A stretch of 42,709 nt of DNA from Halorussus marinus (GTDB lineage: Archaea > Halobacteriota > Halobacteria > Halobacteriales > Haladaptataceae): the NCBI RefSeq assembly GCF_004765795.1, contig NZ_SBIV01000013.1, positions 1 to 42,709 on the forward strand, in the 5' to 3' direction. The position numbers and the translations under genes are program-made. Positions 8,930 through 17,017 of this stretch are shown piece after piece. How positions within the stretch are numbered: the stretch's first letter is position 1; each line of letters starts with the position of its first letter. The notes beneath the pieces are model-generated. The model was not told where the DNA came from and ran no database searches. It was given only the letters and a program-made list of their open reading frames with translations.

Positions 8930-9572
8930 CAGTATCCGCTCCTTTGTGTGCGTCCCGTGGCGAACGATGCCCCCACCGAACCTCAACTGGCCGATGAACC
9001 TTGGCGTGTTCCTCGTTGGACATTATCTCTAAGTTCTCGGGGCGGTTGTCCCAGGGGATTCCGTTCCTGTGATGCACGATCTTCCCGTTGAGGGCTTCGA
9101 ATCCTTGTTCAGCGACAACAACGAGCCGGTGGATTCGCACCTCCCGGGTTGATCCAGAAATAGTTGTCTCAACTACTTCGTACCCGCTTTTTGTAATTCG
9201 GTGACCGGGTGGATTCCTCCTGCGGACCCGCCGAGACTCTTCGTACTTGCCCCGCGTCTCAATCTCATGCTTATGAATCCACTCGTGGGCAGTCGCATAC
9301 CCACATTCTAACTCGTCTGCGAGTTCGGGGATTGTGAGCTGCTGGTTGTGATACAGCTCTCGGACCAGTTCCTCGTCACGCCACGGCCGATCTTTGTTGA
9401 TTGTTTCTTTCTTTTTAATACCGTGTTCGTCTAGCCATTTCTGAACAGTTGTATCCGATGCTCCAAGCTCCTCCGCGATCTCCGCTGTGTTTAGCCCTTG
9501 CTCTACGAACAGGTTGCGTAGAATCTGTGGGTTGCGCCACGGAGTGTCGGCGTCTGCGTAGGGGTCAGCCAT
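8922..9572 (-). CDS. HNH (homing-type) endonuclease with two N-terminal HTH repeats
   Basis: PWRNPQILRNLF / PWRDEELVRELY repeats; IHRLV..VHHRNGIPWDNRPENLEIM..EHAKVH; visibly lower GC. Confidence 0.88.
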   Translation of the reverse strand: MADPYADADTPWRNPQILRNLFVEQGLNTAEIAEELGASDTTVQKWLDEHGIKKKETINKDRPWRDEELVRELYHNQQLTIPELADELECGYATAHEWIHKHEIETRGKYEESRRVRRRNPPGHRITKSGYEVVETTISGSTREVRIHRLVVVAEQGFEALNGKIVHHRNGIPWDNRPENLEIMSNEEHAKVHRPVEVRWGHRSPRDAHKGADTDA

Positions 9573-9807
9573 CGTTGTTGGGCACTTCCTCCTCGTTGAG
9601 GGCGTACATGCCATGGCCAAGCGGTTCGACGATGTTGTCCTGTTTGAGCCGTCCGAGTCGTTCGCGAATGTACTGCGCGGAGTAGCCTGCCTGTTCTGCG
9701 ATGAGCGGGGCGTTTGCGCGCCCGTCGCGTAGTACTTCGACGATTGCCCAGTCGGCGTCGCGGAAATCATCAACGTCCATCTGTGGTAGTACTGTACTCA
9801 TCTCCAC
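9565..9807 (-). CDS. Winged-HTH transcription regulator (repressor-like)
   Basis: DWAIVEVLRDGRANAPLIAEQAGYSAQYIRERLGRL...GMYAL; first gene of a divergent operon. Confidence 0.8.
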   Translation of the reverse strand: MEMSTVLPQMDVDDFRDADWAIVEVLRDGRANAPLIAEQAGYSAQYIRERLGRLKQDNIVEPLGHGMYALNEEEVPNNDG

Positions 9808-9979
9808 CTAATAAGTTATCAGCAATGGACAAAAACCTATTGGTGATAACCTACAACCAGTAGGTTTATGGTGTTAGCTCTATTACTATGAATTAGGAAG
9901 CGCGGGACACCGGCCGCAGAAACTGGCCGGGGCGTGTTGCACCACGCCCGACCGTGCTCCACGCCAAGGTGAAGCAACA
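9808..9979. promoter_or_regulatory. AT-rich divergent promoter/operator region with inverted repeats and leader hairpins
   Basis: GTTATCAGCAAT/ATTGGTGATAAC (9815-9850, 11/12); AACCTAC/GTAGGTT (9848-9866); hairpins 9910-9930 and 9930-9949. Confidence 0.7.
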
Positions 9980-10552
9980 ATGAGTTCGAAACCCATCGAC
10001 AAGAACGCATCGACTCCCGCGGGCACACACCAGGACCTGCCCGCGTCCCGAGACGTCTCGGACATGGACAGCGCTGGCGCGATCGTCAACGCGATCGCCG
10101 AGCAGTTCGACGCCGGCGCGACCGCCGTCGCCATCCACGACTACGACGGCCACACGGCACGCATCACCGACGCCGGCGACATCGAGGCGGCCGGCGACGC
10201 GGTCGTGATCTCGGGCGACGACGGCCAGACCGCGACCATCCCCGCGGCGGCGATCGCGACGATCGCGGGCACCGACAACTCGCTCGCCGCGATCCCGCTC
10301 GACGCCGAGCTGACCGTCACCTACCACGCCCAACAGAGCCAGCACGGTACCCAGACGCGGACCGGTCGGGTCTCGGACTGGGTGGCGAAGCGCTCGGGCG
10401 CGGTGTACAAGTTGTCGATCGAGACCGAGGGCGGCGTGACCTATCACGTCTGGACAACGACGGGCTGTGTTGACAAGGGCTCGCGCTGGAGTGAGCGGAA
10501 GGTCGGCCACGATGCCGAGGTCGACATCCACGACTCGGAGGTGACCGCGTGA
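9980..10552 (+). CDS. Hypothetical early protein
   Basis: 190 aa acidic ORF after the divergent promoter. Confidence 0.75.
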   Translation: MSSKPIDKNASTPAGTHQDLPASRDVSDMDSAGAIVNAIAEQFDAGATAVAIHDYDGHTARITDAGDIEAAGDAVVISGDDGQTATIPAAAIATIAGTDNSLAAIPLDAELTVTYHAQQSQHGTQTRTGRVSDWVAKRSGAVYKLSIETEGGVTYHVWTTTGCVDKGSRWSERKVGHDAEVDIHDSEVTA

Positions 10553-10878
10553 TGGCGGCCGTTGAGACCGAGACCACGGCCGACAGCGTCGACGATCGCG
10601 ACCGCCGCGCCGCCGAAGAAGCCATGGCAGTCATGCCGATCGACGAGGACCGCTACCGCGTCTACAGTGGCGCCGACGCAGACTACCTGGTCGACCTGCG
10701 CGATCCCGCGTGCGAGTGCGCCGACTGGCGATATAGAGAGCCGGAGGAGGGGTGCAAGCATGCGCGCCGCGTACTGCAAACGCTCGGCCGGCGGCCGATC
10801 CCGGACGGTGTCCGAGTCGATCCGGCGCTCCGGTACCAGCGCGAGAAACTCGCCGACACCAACGGAGGCAGAGCCTGA
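10549..10878 (+). CDS. SWIM zinc-finger protein
   Basis: YLVDL..ACECADW.....GCKHARRV (CxC-Xn-CxH). Confidence 0.85.
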   Translation: MMAAVETETTADSVDDRDRRAAEEAMAVMPIDEDRYRVYSGADADYLVDLRDPACECADWRYREPEEGCKHARRVLQTLGRRPIPDGVRVDPALRYQREKLADTNGGRA

Positions 10879-11165
10879 TGTCCGTCTACCTCCGCATCGA
10901 CGGCCTCGACGTCGACGACCTCGACCAGGCAGACCCGTCGTTGCTCGAAGATCTCGCCGCACACGTCTTCAACGACATCCGCCGCGATCATCCCAGCCTC
11001 TACGACGACCTCGAGGGCGTGATCCCGGTTCGGAACCCCGAGCACGACCCGCGGCTCGCAAGCTCGCTCGCGGAGTGTCCGGGCTGTGGTCGGGCTGGCC
11101 TGGTCGAGCAGCTTGCCGCCCACGACTGTCCCGGGCTGTCGGCCGGCGGTGATCACGATGACTAG
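10878..11165 (+). CDS. Small Zn-finger protein
   Basis: MSVYLRIDG...CPGCG...HDC; TGATG coupling. Confidence 0.7.
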   Translation: MSVYLRIDGLDVDDLDQADPSLLEDLAAHVFNDIRRDHPSLYDDLEGVIPVRNPEHDPRLASSLAECPGCGRAGLVEQLAAHDCPGLSAGGDHDD

Positions 11166-11475
11166 CGAGGTCGATCGGCGGCGCGCGCTCGTCGACTTCC
11201 TCGACCGCCACCCGCTCGTCGACAGCGTCGACTTTTCCCGGGATGGCTACCAGCAGGTGCTGCTCGAGCTCGGTGAGCCCGCCAGCGACGAGAGCGGGCA
11301 GCCAGCGTTCACGGTGACGGTCGACGGCCGCCGGCTAGCGTATTTCGAGTCTGGGAGCGGGCAATGGTATCGCCAGGAGTTCGAGGCAACGCCCGACCGT
11401 GCATGTGGGGATTGGCGGCCGGTCGGTGTCGAACAGATCAGCGAGCCCGACCTGGAGGTGTACGATGCAGTCTGA
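11158..11475 (+). CDS. Hypothetical protein
   Basis: MTSEVDRRR...; coupled acidic ORF. Confidence 0.65.
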   Translation: MTSEVDRRRALVDFLDRHPLVDSVDFSRDGYQQVLLELGEPASDESGQPAFTVTVDGRRLAYFESGSGQWYRQEFEATPDRACGDWRPVGVEQISEPDLEVYDAV

Positions 11476-11695
11476 GACGGTCGGCCAGCTGCGCGAGCTC
11501 GCCGCCGGCGACTCGCGGGCCGCGTTCAAGTCTGCGGCCATGGCGTGTGGCCTGTCGGAGTCAGAGGCCGAGCTCGTCTGGCGCCACGACGGCCAGCCTG
11601 GCGAGGTCGTGGCGGACGTCCGCGACGCGGGGATGGAGATCCGCAGCGAGGATGGGTGGCTGACGTCGAGCGTGTCAGTGGAGGTCGAGCGATGA
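11465..11695 (+). CDS. Hypothetical protein
   Basis: MQSETVGQ...; GGAGGT upstream. Confidence 0.6.
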   Translation: MQSETVGQLRELAAGDSRAAFKSAAMACGLSESEAELVWRHDGQPGEVVADVRDAGMEIRSEDGWLTSSVSVEVER

Positions 11696-11928
11696 GGTCA
11701 TTCTCGGATCCCGATACGCATTTCGCGATTGTGCGGAGTGAGACGCCAGTCACGGAGGACGGCTACAAGGTCGGGGAACCCAAGCGCTTAGAGTGCGAGG
11801 AATGTGGTGCAGGCGTGCTGTTAACTGAAGAGCCAACTCCCGGTATCGACGAACTCCAACACCAGCCGACGTGCAGCCAGCGGTTCGTGAAATCGCGCTG
11901 GTGGCAGACGACTGCGGACGGCGAGTAG
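11692..11928 (+). CDS. Small Zn-finger protein (CxxC...HxxxC)
   Basis: MRSFSDPD...CEECG...HQPTC. Confidence 0.7.
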   Translation: MRSFSDPDTHFAIVRSETPVTEDGYKVGEPKRLECEECGAGVLLTEEPTPGIDELQHQPTCSQRFVKSRWWQTTADGE

Positions 11929-11951
11929 TCGAGCCGAGATTTTCCCACGAG

Positions 11952-11993
11952 TTAACCAACAACACTGGTTGACATCGTGCAGGTGTTGGTTAA
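11952..11993. repeat. TTAACCAACA-N22-TGTTGGTTAA inverted repeat, copy 2
   Basis: 11952-11961 and 11984-11993; arms and spacer length identical to copy 1. Confidence 0.9.
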
Positions 11994-12024
11994 GAGAGAT
12001 AGAGCCTCGTGAAGCAGGACGACA

Positions 12025-12216
12025 TCATTCAGCTGTCGCTGTCGCTGTGTCGATCGAGATATTCCTGTTTCCCTCGATGTACTCCTCGACAAGGTCCCGA
12101 AGGACTTGGCTCCGTGATGCATCCATCGGAATATCACCCTCGAGTTTTTTATGCGTGATAATAGTGTCAAGTTCTTCTAATTTCTCGTCTGCGATACTGA
12201 AACTTGGGTTTGCCAT
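12025..12216 (-). CDS. Ribbon-helix-helix (CopG/Arc-like) regulator A
   Basis: NPSFSIADEKLEELD...SRSQVLRDLVEEY. Confidence 0.85.
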   Translation of the reverse strand: MANPSFSIADEKLEELDTIITHKKLEGDIPMDASRSQVLRDLVEEYIEGNRNISIDTATATAE

Positions 12217-12311
12217 ACTATTAGTTTAGCAGGTTAGCACTATAAAGGGTGCCCCATAGAGTCCCTGAGTAGAGAAAGGACTAAGTTACTGCCTTAGCAA
12301 GATAGCAGTAG
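12217..12311. promoter_or_regulatory. Back-to-back leaderless promoters with TTAGCA tandem operator boxes
   Basis: TATAAA at 12241-12246 (TTTATA on minus strand); TTAGCAGGTTAGCA 12226-12239 and TTAGCAAGATAGCA 12294-12307. Confidence 0.7.
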
Positions 12312-12497
12312 ATGGGAAATCCAAGCATCGAGATGCCGGATGAAATGGAGGCCGAAGTCGACAACCGTCGGCACAGTAACACGTCCCGAAGCCAGTGGGT
12401 TCGCGAAGCAATCCAGGCACGGCTTGATGCCGAAGACGCTGGCGAGTGGACAACGCCGGATGTCGACTACGGTACAGCTGACGCCGCAGACGCGTGA
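12312..12497 (+). CDS. Ribbon-helix-helix regulator B
   Basis: NPSIEMPDEMEAEVD...SRSQWVREAIQARL. Confidence 0.85.
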   Translation: MGNPSIEMPDEMEAEVDNRRHSNTSRSQWVREAIQARLDAEDAGEWTTPDVDYGTADAADA

Positions 12498-12744
12498 TGA
12501 GGGCTAGGGCATAGGCTCACGAACAAGACAGGTCCGGCCTGCCCCCACAGGCCGGGATCGACAACACACCGATGGTACGCACGTTCACTTTCACCCCCAC
12601 GGCTTATTGTTCCGGTGTCGTTACCCGGCAGTACGCGCGGGTTACACCCGAGAAACCAGCAGTTTCCAGTCACCACAGGAATACTTTCACTTTCACGGTG
12701 GCATCAGGTGACCGTTTATACCACACCCATTGTAGGCGGAACAG

Positions 12745-13002
12745 ATTCCAGGCGACGACCCCTACAGGATCACGACCAAAACCAAGAAATGGCGGTACGC
12801 ATGCCCAACCCCGCGCGAACACACCAACTGGTTCCCGATCAACGGCCACTTCCGATGCCGTGGCTGCGCCGAACTCCGCGCCGCCGGCAAATCATCCGTC
12901 GAACCCGAATACGACGTGCTCCGCGATAAGAAGACTGGCGAGCTCGTCGAGCGCGACGCGTTCACGATCGAAGTCGGCAGCCAGAATCCCGCGCGCGCAT
13001 AA
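12745..13002 (+). pseudogene. 85-codon Zn-binding ORF lacking a canonical start (ATT); start-loss pseudogene or non-AUG gene
   Basis: IPGDDPYRITTKTKKWRYACPTPREHTNWFPINGHFRCRGCAE...EYDVLRDKKTGELVERD; TTTATA at 12715-12720; in-frame TAG at 12733. Confidence 0.6.
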
Positions 13003-13215
13003 CCAGGTGGCCGCGACCAGTGCCGGACACGCCCGCCCCATCCAAAGTCTGGGCGCGTCCGGCCCATGCCATGTCGCGGTCCCGAGACGCACCGGACCCG
13101 GCCGCAGTGGCCGCGAACCAACCCAGCACGCCACGAGACACATGAGCCAACACACCCACCCCACTAAAACGAACCGCCACACCACCACCCCAGCCACCGA
13201 GGACGGTGGTTCAGC

Positions 13216-13965
13216 ATGACGACCGCGATCGTCTCGGTCGACACCATCCAGGAGTTTATCGATCCCGTCAGCGCGCTCGTCGACGAGTGCAAACTCCACT
13301 GGACGCCGGACGGGTTCGAGATTCGTGCGGTCGACCCTGCGAACGTCGCGATGACCCACACCCGGCTCAGCCGGGACGCGTTCGAGTCCTACACTGACGC
13401 CGACGCCACGCTCGGAATCCCCATCGACGACCTTGAGGACGTCCTCAAGTTCGCCGGCTCGAACGAACTGCTCCACATCGACTACGTCGAACGCCAGCAG
13501 ACGCTCGACCTCCAGGCGGGCGGGCTCAACTACGACCTCGGCCTGATCGACCCCGGCGCGATCCGCCAGGAGCCCGAGATCCCCGAACTCGACCTGCCCG
13601 GCGAGTTCGTTCTCGAAGGCGAACAGCTCTCGAAGTACGCTGACGCCGCCGACATGGTCGACGACAAAATCACGCTCGGATTCGACCTCGACAGCGAGAC
13701 GCTGTACGCGGACGGTATCGGCGACACCAACAGCGCGCGATACGCAATCCCGGGCGACGACCTTATCATGGGATCGTGTCCCGAAGAGGTCGCGTCGATG
13801 TACAGTCTCGACTACCTGTCGGACATGGTCGGCGTGATCGACGACGACGCCGAAGTCCGCCTCGAGCTCGGCTCCGACTATCCGTGCCTGTTCGCATTCG
13901 ACATCGTCGAAGGCCACGGGAACGTGCGCTACCAGCTGGCGCCTCGGATCGCAACGGAGGACTAG
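13216..13965 (+). CDS. pcn: PCNA DNA sliding clamp
   Basis: 249 aa; ALVDECKL, IRAVDPANVAM, DAFESY, SMYSLDYL, YQLAPRI. Confidence 0.95.
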   Translation: MTTAIVSVDTIQEFIDPVSALVDECKLHWTPDGFEIRAVDPANVAMTHTRLSRDAFESYTDADATLGIPIDDLEDVLKFAGSNELLHIDYVERQQTLDLQAGGLNYDLGLIDPGAIRQEPEIPELDLPGEFVLEGEQLSKYADAADMVDDKITLGFDLDSETLYADGIGDTNSARYAIPGDDLIMGSCPEEVASMYSLDYLSDMVGVIDDDAEVRLELGSDYPCLFAFDIVEGHGNVRYQLAPRIATED

Positions 13966-13967
13966 CG

Positions 13968-14273
13968 ATGCAAGGCACTACCGATCCCGACGAGAAGCCT
14001 GCAGACCTCCTCGACGGCGTGCAGATCGCGGAAACCGAGACCGGCGATCGATACCGCATCCACGTCGGTGACGACGGTCTGCTCTCGCTCAGCCACATCA
14101 CGCTCGACGGAGCGGACCCAGAGCAGGTGACGCCGGCTGAACTTGACCACGACCTCAAGTACGGCACCTACTACGTGCCTGAGTACTCGCCGGCGGGCGA
14201 CGTCCACGAGGCCGTCGAGATGCTCGCCGGCCAGGACAACAGCGTCACGCCGGGAGGTGTCGTCGATGACTGA
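13968..14273 (+). CDS. Hypothetical protein
   Basis: MQGTTDPDEK...; GGAGG upstream. Confidence 0.65.
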   Translation: MQGTTDPDEKPADLLDGVQIAETETGDRYRIHVGDDGLLSLSHITLDGADPEQVTPAELDHDLKYGTYYVPEYSPAGDVHEAVEMLAGQDNSVTPGGVVDD

Positions 14274-14409
14274 GAGCACCGAGGAGTTCCGCGAGGAGCT
14301 CCAACGGGTCATCCGCCGGCACGACCCGGATCCCGAGCAGCTCCGCGATGCGGCCGGCGACTTCGAGGAGATCGCCGATCGCTTCGAAGAAATCGGGGAG
14401 GTGCTCTAG
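14266..14409 (+). CDS. Small acidic helical protein
   Basis: MTESTEEFREELQRVI...; GGAGGT upstream. Confidence 0.6.
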   Translation: MTESTEEFREELQRVIRRHDPDPEQLRDAAGDFEEIADRFEEIGEVL

Positions 14410-14411
14410 CG

Positions 14412-15842
14412 ATGACTCAGCCGATCGACGACATCCTCGAAGAGCTCGCTGACCAGTCCAGTCCCTGCCAGCGCGTCCGCCGCCACCACCTGGGCCGGAC
14501 GGTCGCCGTACTCCCGAGCGACTTCCACCGCGCGCTCCGCGCCGACGACCGCGTGGTCGTCCGCCTCGTCACCGACGGCGACGTGATCGACTGCCGGACC
14601 CACCCGAGCGGCGACGGCGTGCTGTTCGCCGCCGACACGATCGACGCCGCGACCGCAACCCGAACTCGGTTCCTCACCGACCTCTCGGACGCAGACCAAG
14701 TCAAGCTCGTCCACGTCGACGACAGCCAGTTCGAGACCGAGCCCGACGAGACGGACGATCGCGAGATCCGGACCGACGGCGGGCAGCCCGCGGACAGTGC
14801 TGACCGCTGCGGGTACTGTGACACCGACGGATTGGTGTACGAACTCCAGAGCGACCGGGGGCAGGTGACGCGATGTATCGAGTGCCTCGCAATCGAACAG
14901 ATCCAACAACAACTGTCGTTGCCGTTCGACGTGTGGGTTGACCGCGACGACATCGAACCGCCCGAGAACCCGGACGCGCCCGACTTCGAGCCGTTTGACC
15001 CGACCGAACACGACTACAAGACCGCTCGTGCGTGGGCGAGAATCCTCGCGCGGCTGAAAGATGACGACCCGATCATAAAACGCGACCCCGAGGCGGTCGG
15101 GACGGTCTTCGAGGACACGCGGGAGTTCCTCACCAACGTCATGGGGTCGGACGCGCACAAGCGACCGTCAGAACTCCGGTCTCAAAGCGGGGATACTGAC
15201 CGCGAGGTACGCACCGACGGCGGTCAGGTCGAACGCCCCGAGCAGTGTCCGGACTGCGGCGCCGACATGCGCTGCACCCACGACCACCAGACCGACATCT
15301 CCGGTGGCGAAACCTGGACGTGTCCCGAGTGTGGCGCCGAGGAGATCGTCACGTTCGACGGCGGCACTACCTCCACGGGCCCGGACGGCGCCGCCCGGCT
15401 GCCGCGGTCGCTCACCCAGGCCGGCACGATCCGGTTCGAGACGAAGCGCGACTGGAACGCGATCCAGCCGCCGATCAAGCGCTCCAGCCTCGGCTACAAA
15501 GAGCCCGACGTGCTCGCGATCGAGCCCGTCGTCAACGCCGACCAGGATGATCCGATCGAGTGCGAGCACCACTGGCAGGACGACGACTTCCAGTACCACA
15601 CCTGCAGCCGGCCCGCCGACGTCCGTGTTGTCCGCAACCGCGGTGTCCAGTACGACGAGAATCTCGATCCAGCCGGGCCGACCGGGATCTACAGCGACAC
15701 CTACTGCCTGCAGTGTGTCCGGCAGGCGCTCCACGCGTGGGTCGACGACCAGGTCGACCGGATCGCGGAAGGCGTCACCGAGAAACGCGCTGCGAGCAGC
15801 GCCCGTGACGACGTCGACGGCAACGGAGGTGACTCTCAGTGA
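14412..15842 (+). CDS. Mosaic multi-module protein with several Zn fingers separated by TDGG linkers
   Basis: DREIRTDGGQ, DREVRTDGGQ, TFDGG linkers; CGYC/CIEC, CPDC/CPEC, CLQC. Confidence 0.7.
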   Translation: MTQPIDDILEELADQSSPCQRVRRHHLGRTVAVLPSDFHRALRADDRVVVRLVTDGDVIDCRTHPSGDGVLFAADTIDAATATRTRFLTDLSDADQVKLVHVDDSQFETEPDETDDREIRTDGGQPADSADRCGYCDTDGLVYELQSDRGQVTRCIECLAIEQIQQQLSLPFDVWVDRDDIEPPENPDAPDFEPFDPTEHDYKTARAWARILARLKDDDPIIKRDPEAVGTVFEDTREFLTNVMGSDAHKRPSELRSQSGDTDREVRTDGGQVERPEQCPDCGADMRCTHDHQTDISGGETWTCPECGAEEIVTFDGGTTSTGPDGAARLPRSLTQAGTIRFETKRDWNAIQPPIKRSSLGYKEPDVLAIEPVVNADQDDPIECEHHWQDDDFQYHTCSRPADVRVVRNRGVQYDENLDPAGPTGIYSDTYCLQCVRQALHAWVDDQVDRIAEGVTEKRAASSARDDVDGNGGDSQ

Positions 15843-16249
15843 GCATCGCCCGAGCCGTTCGCGGCCTCTACCAGCGCCTCGCTAGCGACGACTCGCCGGA
15901 CAGCACCATTCCCGCCTCGACCGAGCAAGTTCTGTTCCTGCTCAAAAACAAACGCCGACGACTCGTCGTCCAGGAGCTCGCCGAAACCGAGAGCCCGATC
16001 AGGCTCCGCAACCTCACCGCGCGCGTCACCGCCCGCCAGCACGACGGCGACTACTCGACCGACCAGCGGAAGGCCGTTTACTGCGCGCTCTACCAATCCC
16101 ATCTCCCCAAGCTCGACGACGCCGGACTCGTCGACTTCAACTCGGAGCGCGGCACCGTCAGCTACACCCACGACGTGATCGCTGACATCGCCACCCTCCT
16201 CGCCCGGATCGAGAACGCCACCGCCGACCGCACGGGAGGTGACGACTGA
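15839..16249 (+). CDS. Haloarchaeal winged-HTH protein
   Basis: LLKNKRRRLVV...VYCALYQSHLPKLDDAGLVDFN. Confidence 0.85.
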   Translation: MSIARAVRGLYQRLASDDSPDSTIPASTEQVLFLLKNKRRRLVVQELAETESPIRLRNLTARVTARQHDGDYSTDQRKAVYCALYQSHLPKLDDAGLVDFNSERGTVSYTHDVIADIATLLARIENATADRTGGDD

Positions 16250-16638
16250 TGGGCGAGACGAAGTACGGCCACCTCCTCGAAGACCACGACTGGGACGACG
16301 ACGAAGAGGACGACGTCGACGAAGAGCCCGAACCGCGTGCCCAGCTCCAGCACCAGACGGTCAAAGTCCTCTGGCGGACCGACCCCCGCGATCTCGAGTA
16401 TCGCGCGCTCATCAGCCACGGCAGCCACGACTGGGAGCCGATCTGCACCCACGTCGACCGCGCCCACCGGATCGAGGGCTCGAACCAGTTCGACCCAATG
16501 GGCTCGCGCAGCTGGACTGAGATCCCGCGCCGGGTCCAGGAGCGCATCGTCGACGTCGTCGCTGGCGTTGACGCGGTCGAGGAGCTCGACCCCGAGCACG
16601 AGATCGGGTTCAGCCGCGACGGAGGTGACGGCGCTTGA
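16249..16638 (+). CDS. Hypothetical protein
   Basis: 129 aa acidic; TGATG coupling. Confidence 0.7.
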   Translation: MGETKYGHLLEDHDWDDDEEDDVDEEPEPRAQLQHQTVKVLWRTDPRDLEYRALISHGSHDWEPICTHVDRAHRIEGSNQFDPMGSRSWTEIPRRVQERIVDVVAGVDAVEELDPEHEIGFSRDGGDGA

Positions 16639-16639
16639 T

Positions 16640-17017
16640 GGCAGACGTGCGTCAGACGCTGCCGGAAACTAGGTGCGGTTTTAAGTGTAGTGACTACGAC
16701 AGTCACAGCAAGAACGCACACAGCACGGTAAGTCCACTACACCAGTGGCTCACCATCTGTAGGAGCGGTAGTGGAACACCTTCTCCTACATTTCGAGTCG
16801 GCATAAGTTTACCGCCTAGAGATAGCTGCGGCGCTCTCCAGCGCTCTCACTCTCACAGGCGGGAACTCGGCCATCACGCCACCACCACTAAGACAGCCAT
16901 GAGTCCGTACACCCTCTCGGCGCGGTTGCTCGCCCAGCTGGCGAGCCACTGCTCTCCCCTTAAAAAGCAATCTCTCATTTCTCGGAGAGATACAGACGCA
17001 CAACCGGGGTGGATAGC
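16640..17017 (+). promoter_or_regulatory. Lower-GC region upstream of rep: promoter, leader hairpin, possible origin/copy-control region
   Basis: TTTTAAG at ~16679; TGTAGGAG/CTCCTACA IR 16758-16790; short ORF 16899-17021 whose stop overlaps the rep start. Confidence 0.45.

Noticed and set aside
12025..12497. RHH genes as toxin-antitoxin antitoxins
   Set aside because: No coupled toxin gene; divergent layout with operator boxes fits regulators better
12572..13219. 215-aa ORF in the track
   Set aside because: Basic, T/R/P-rich and unlike the acidic proteome; a better frame exists at 12745-13002. Only the last 25 codons (ATG 13142) might be a leader coupled to PCNA
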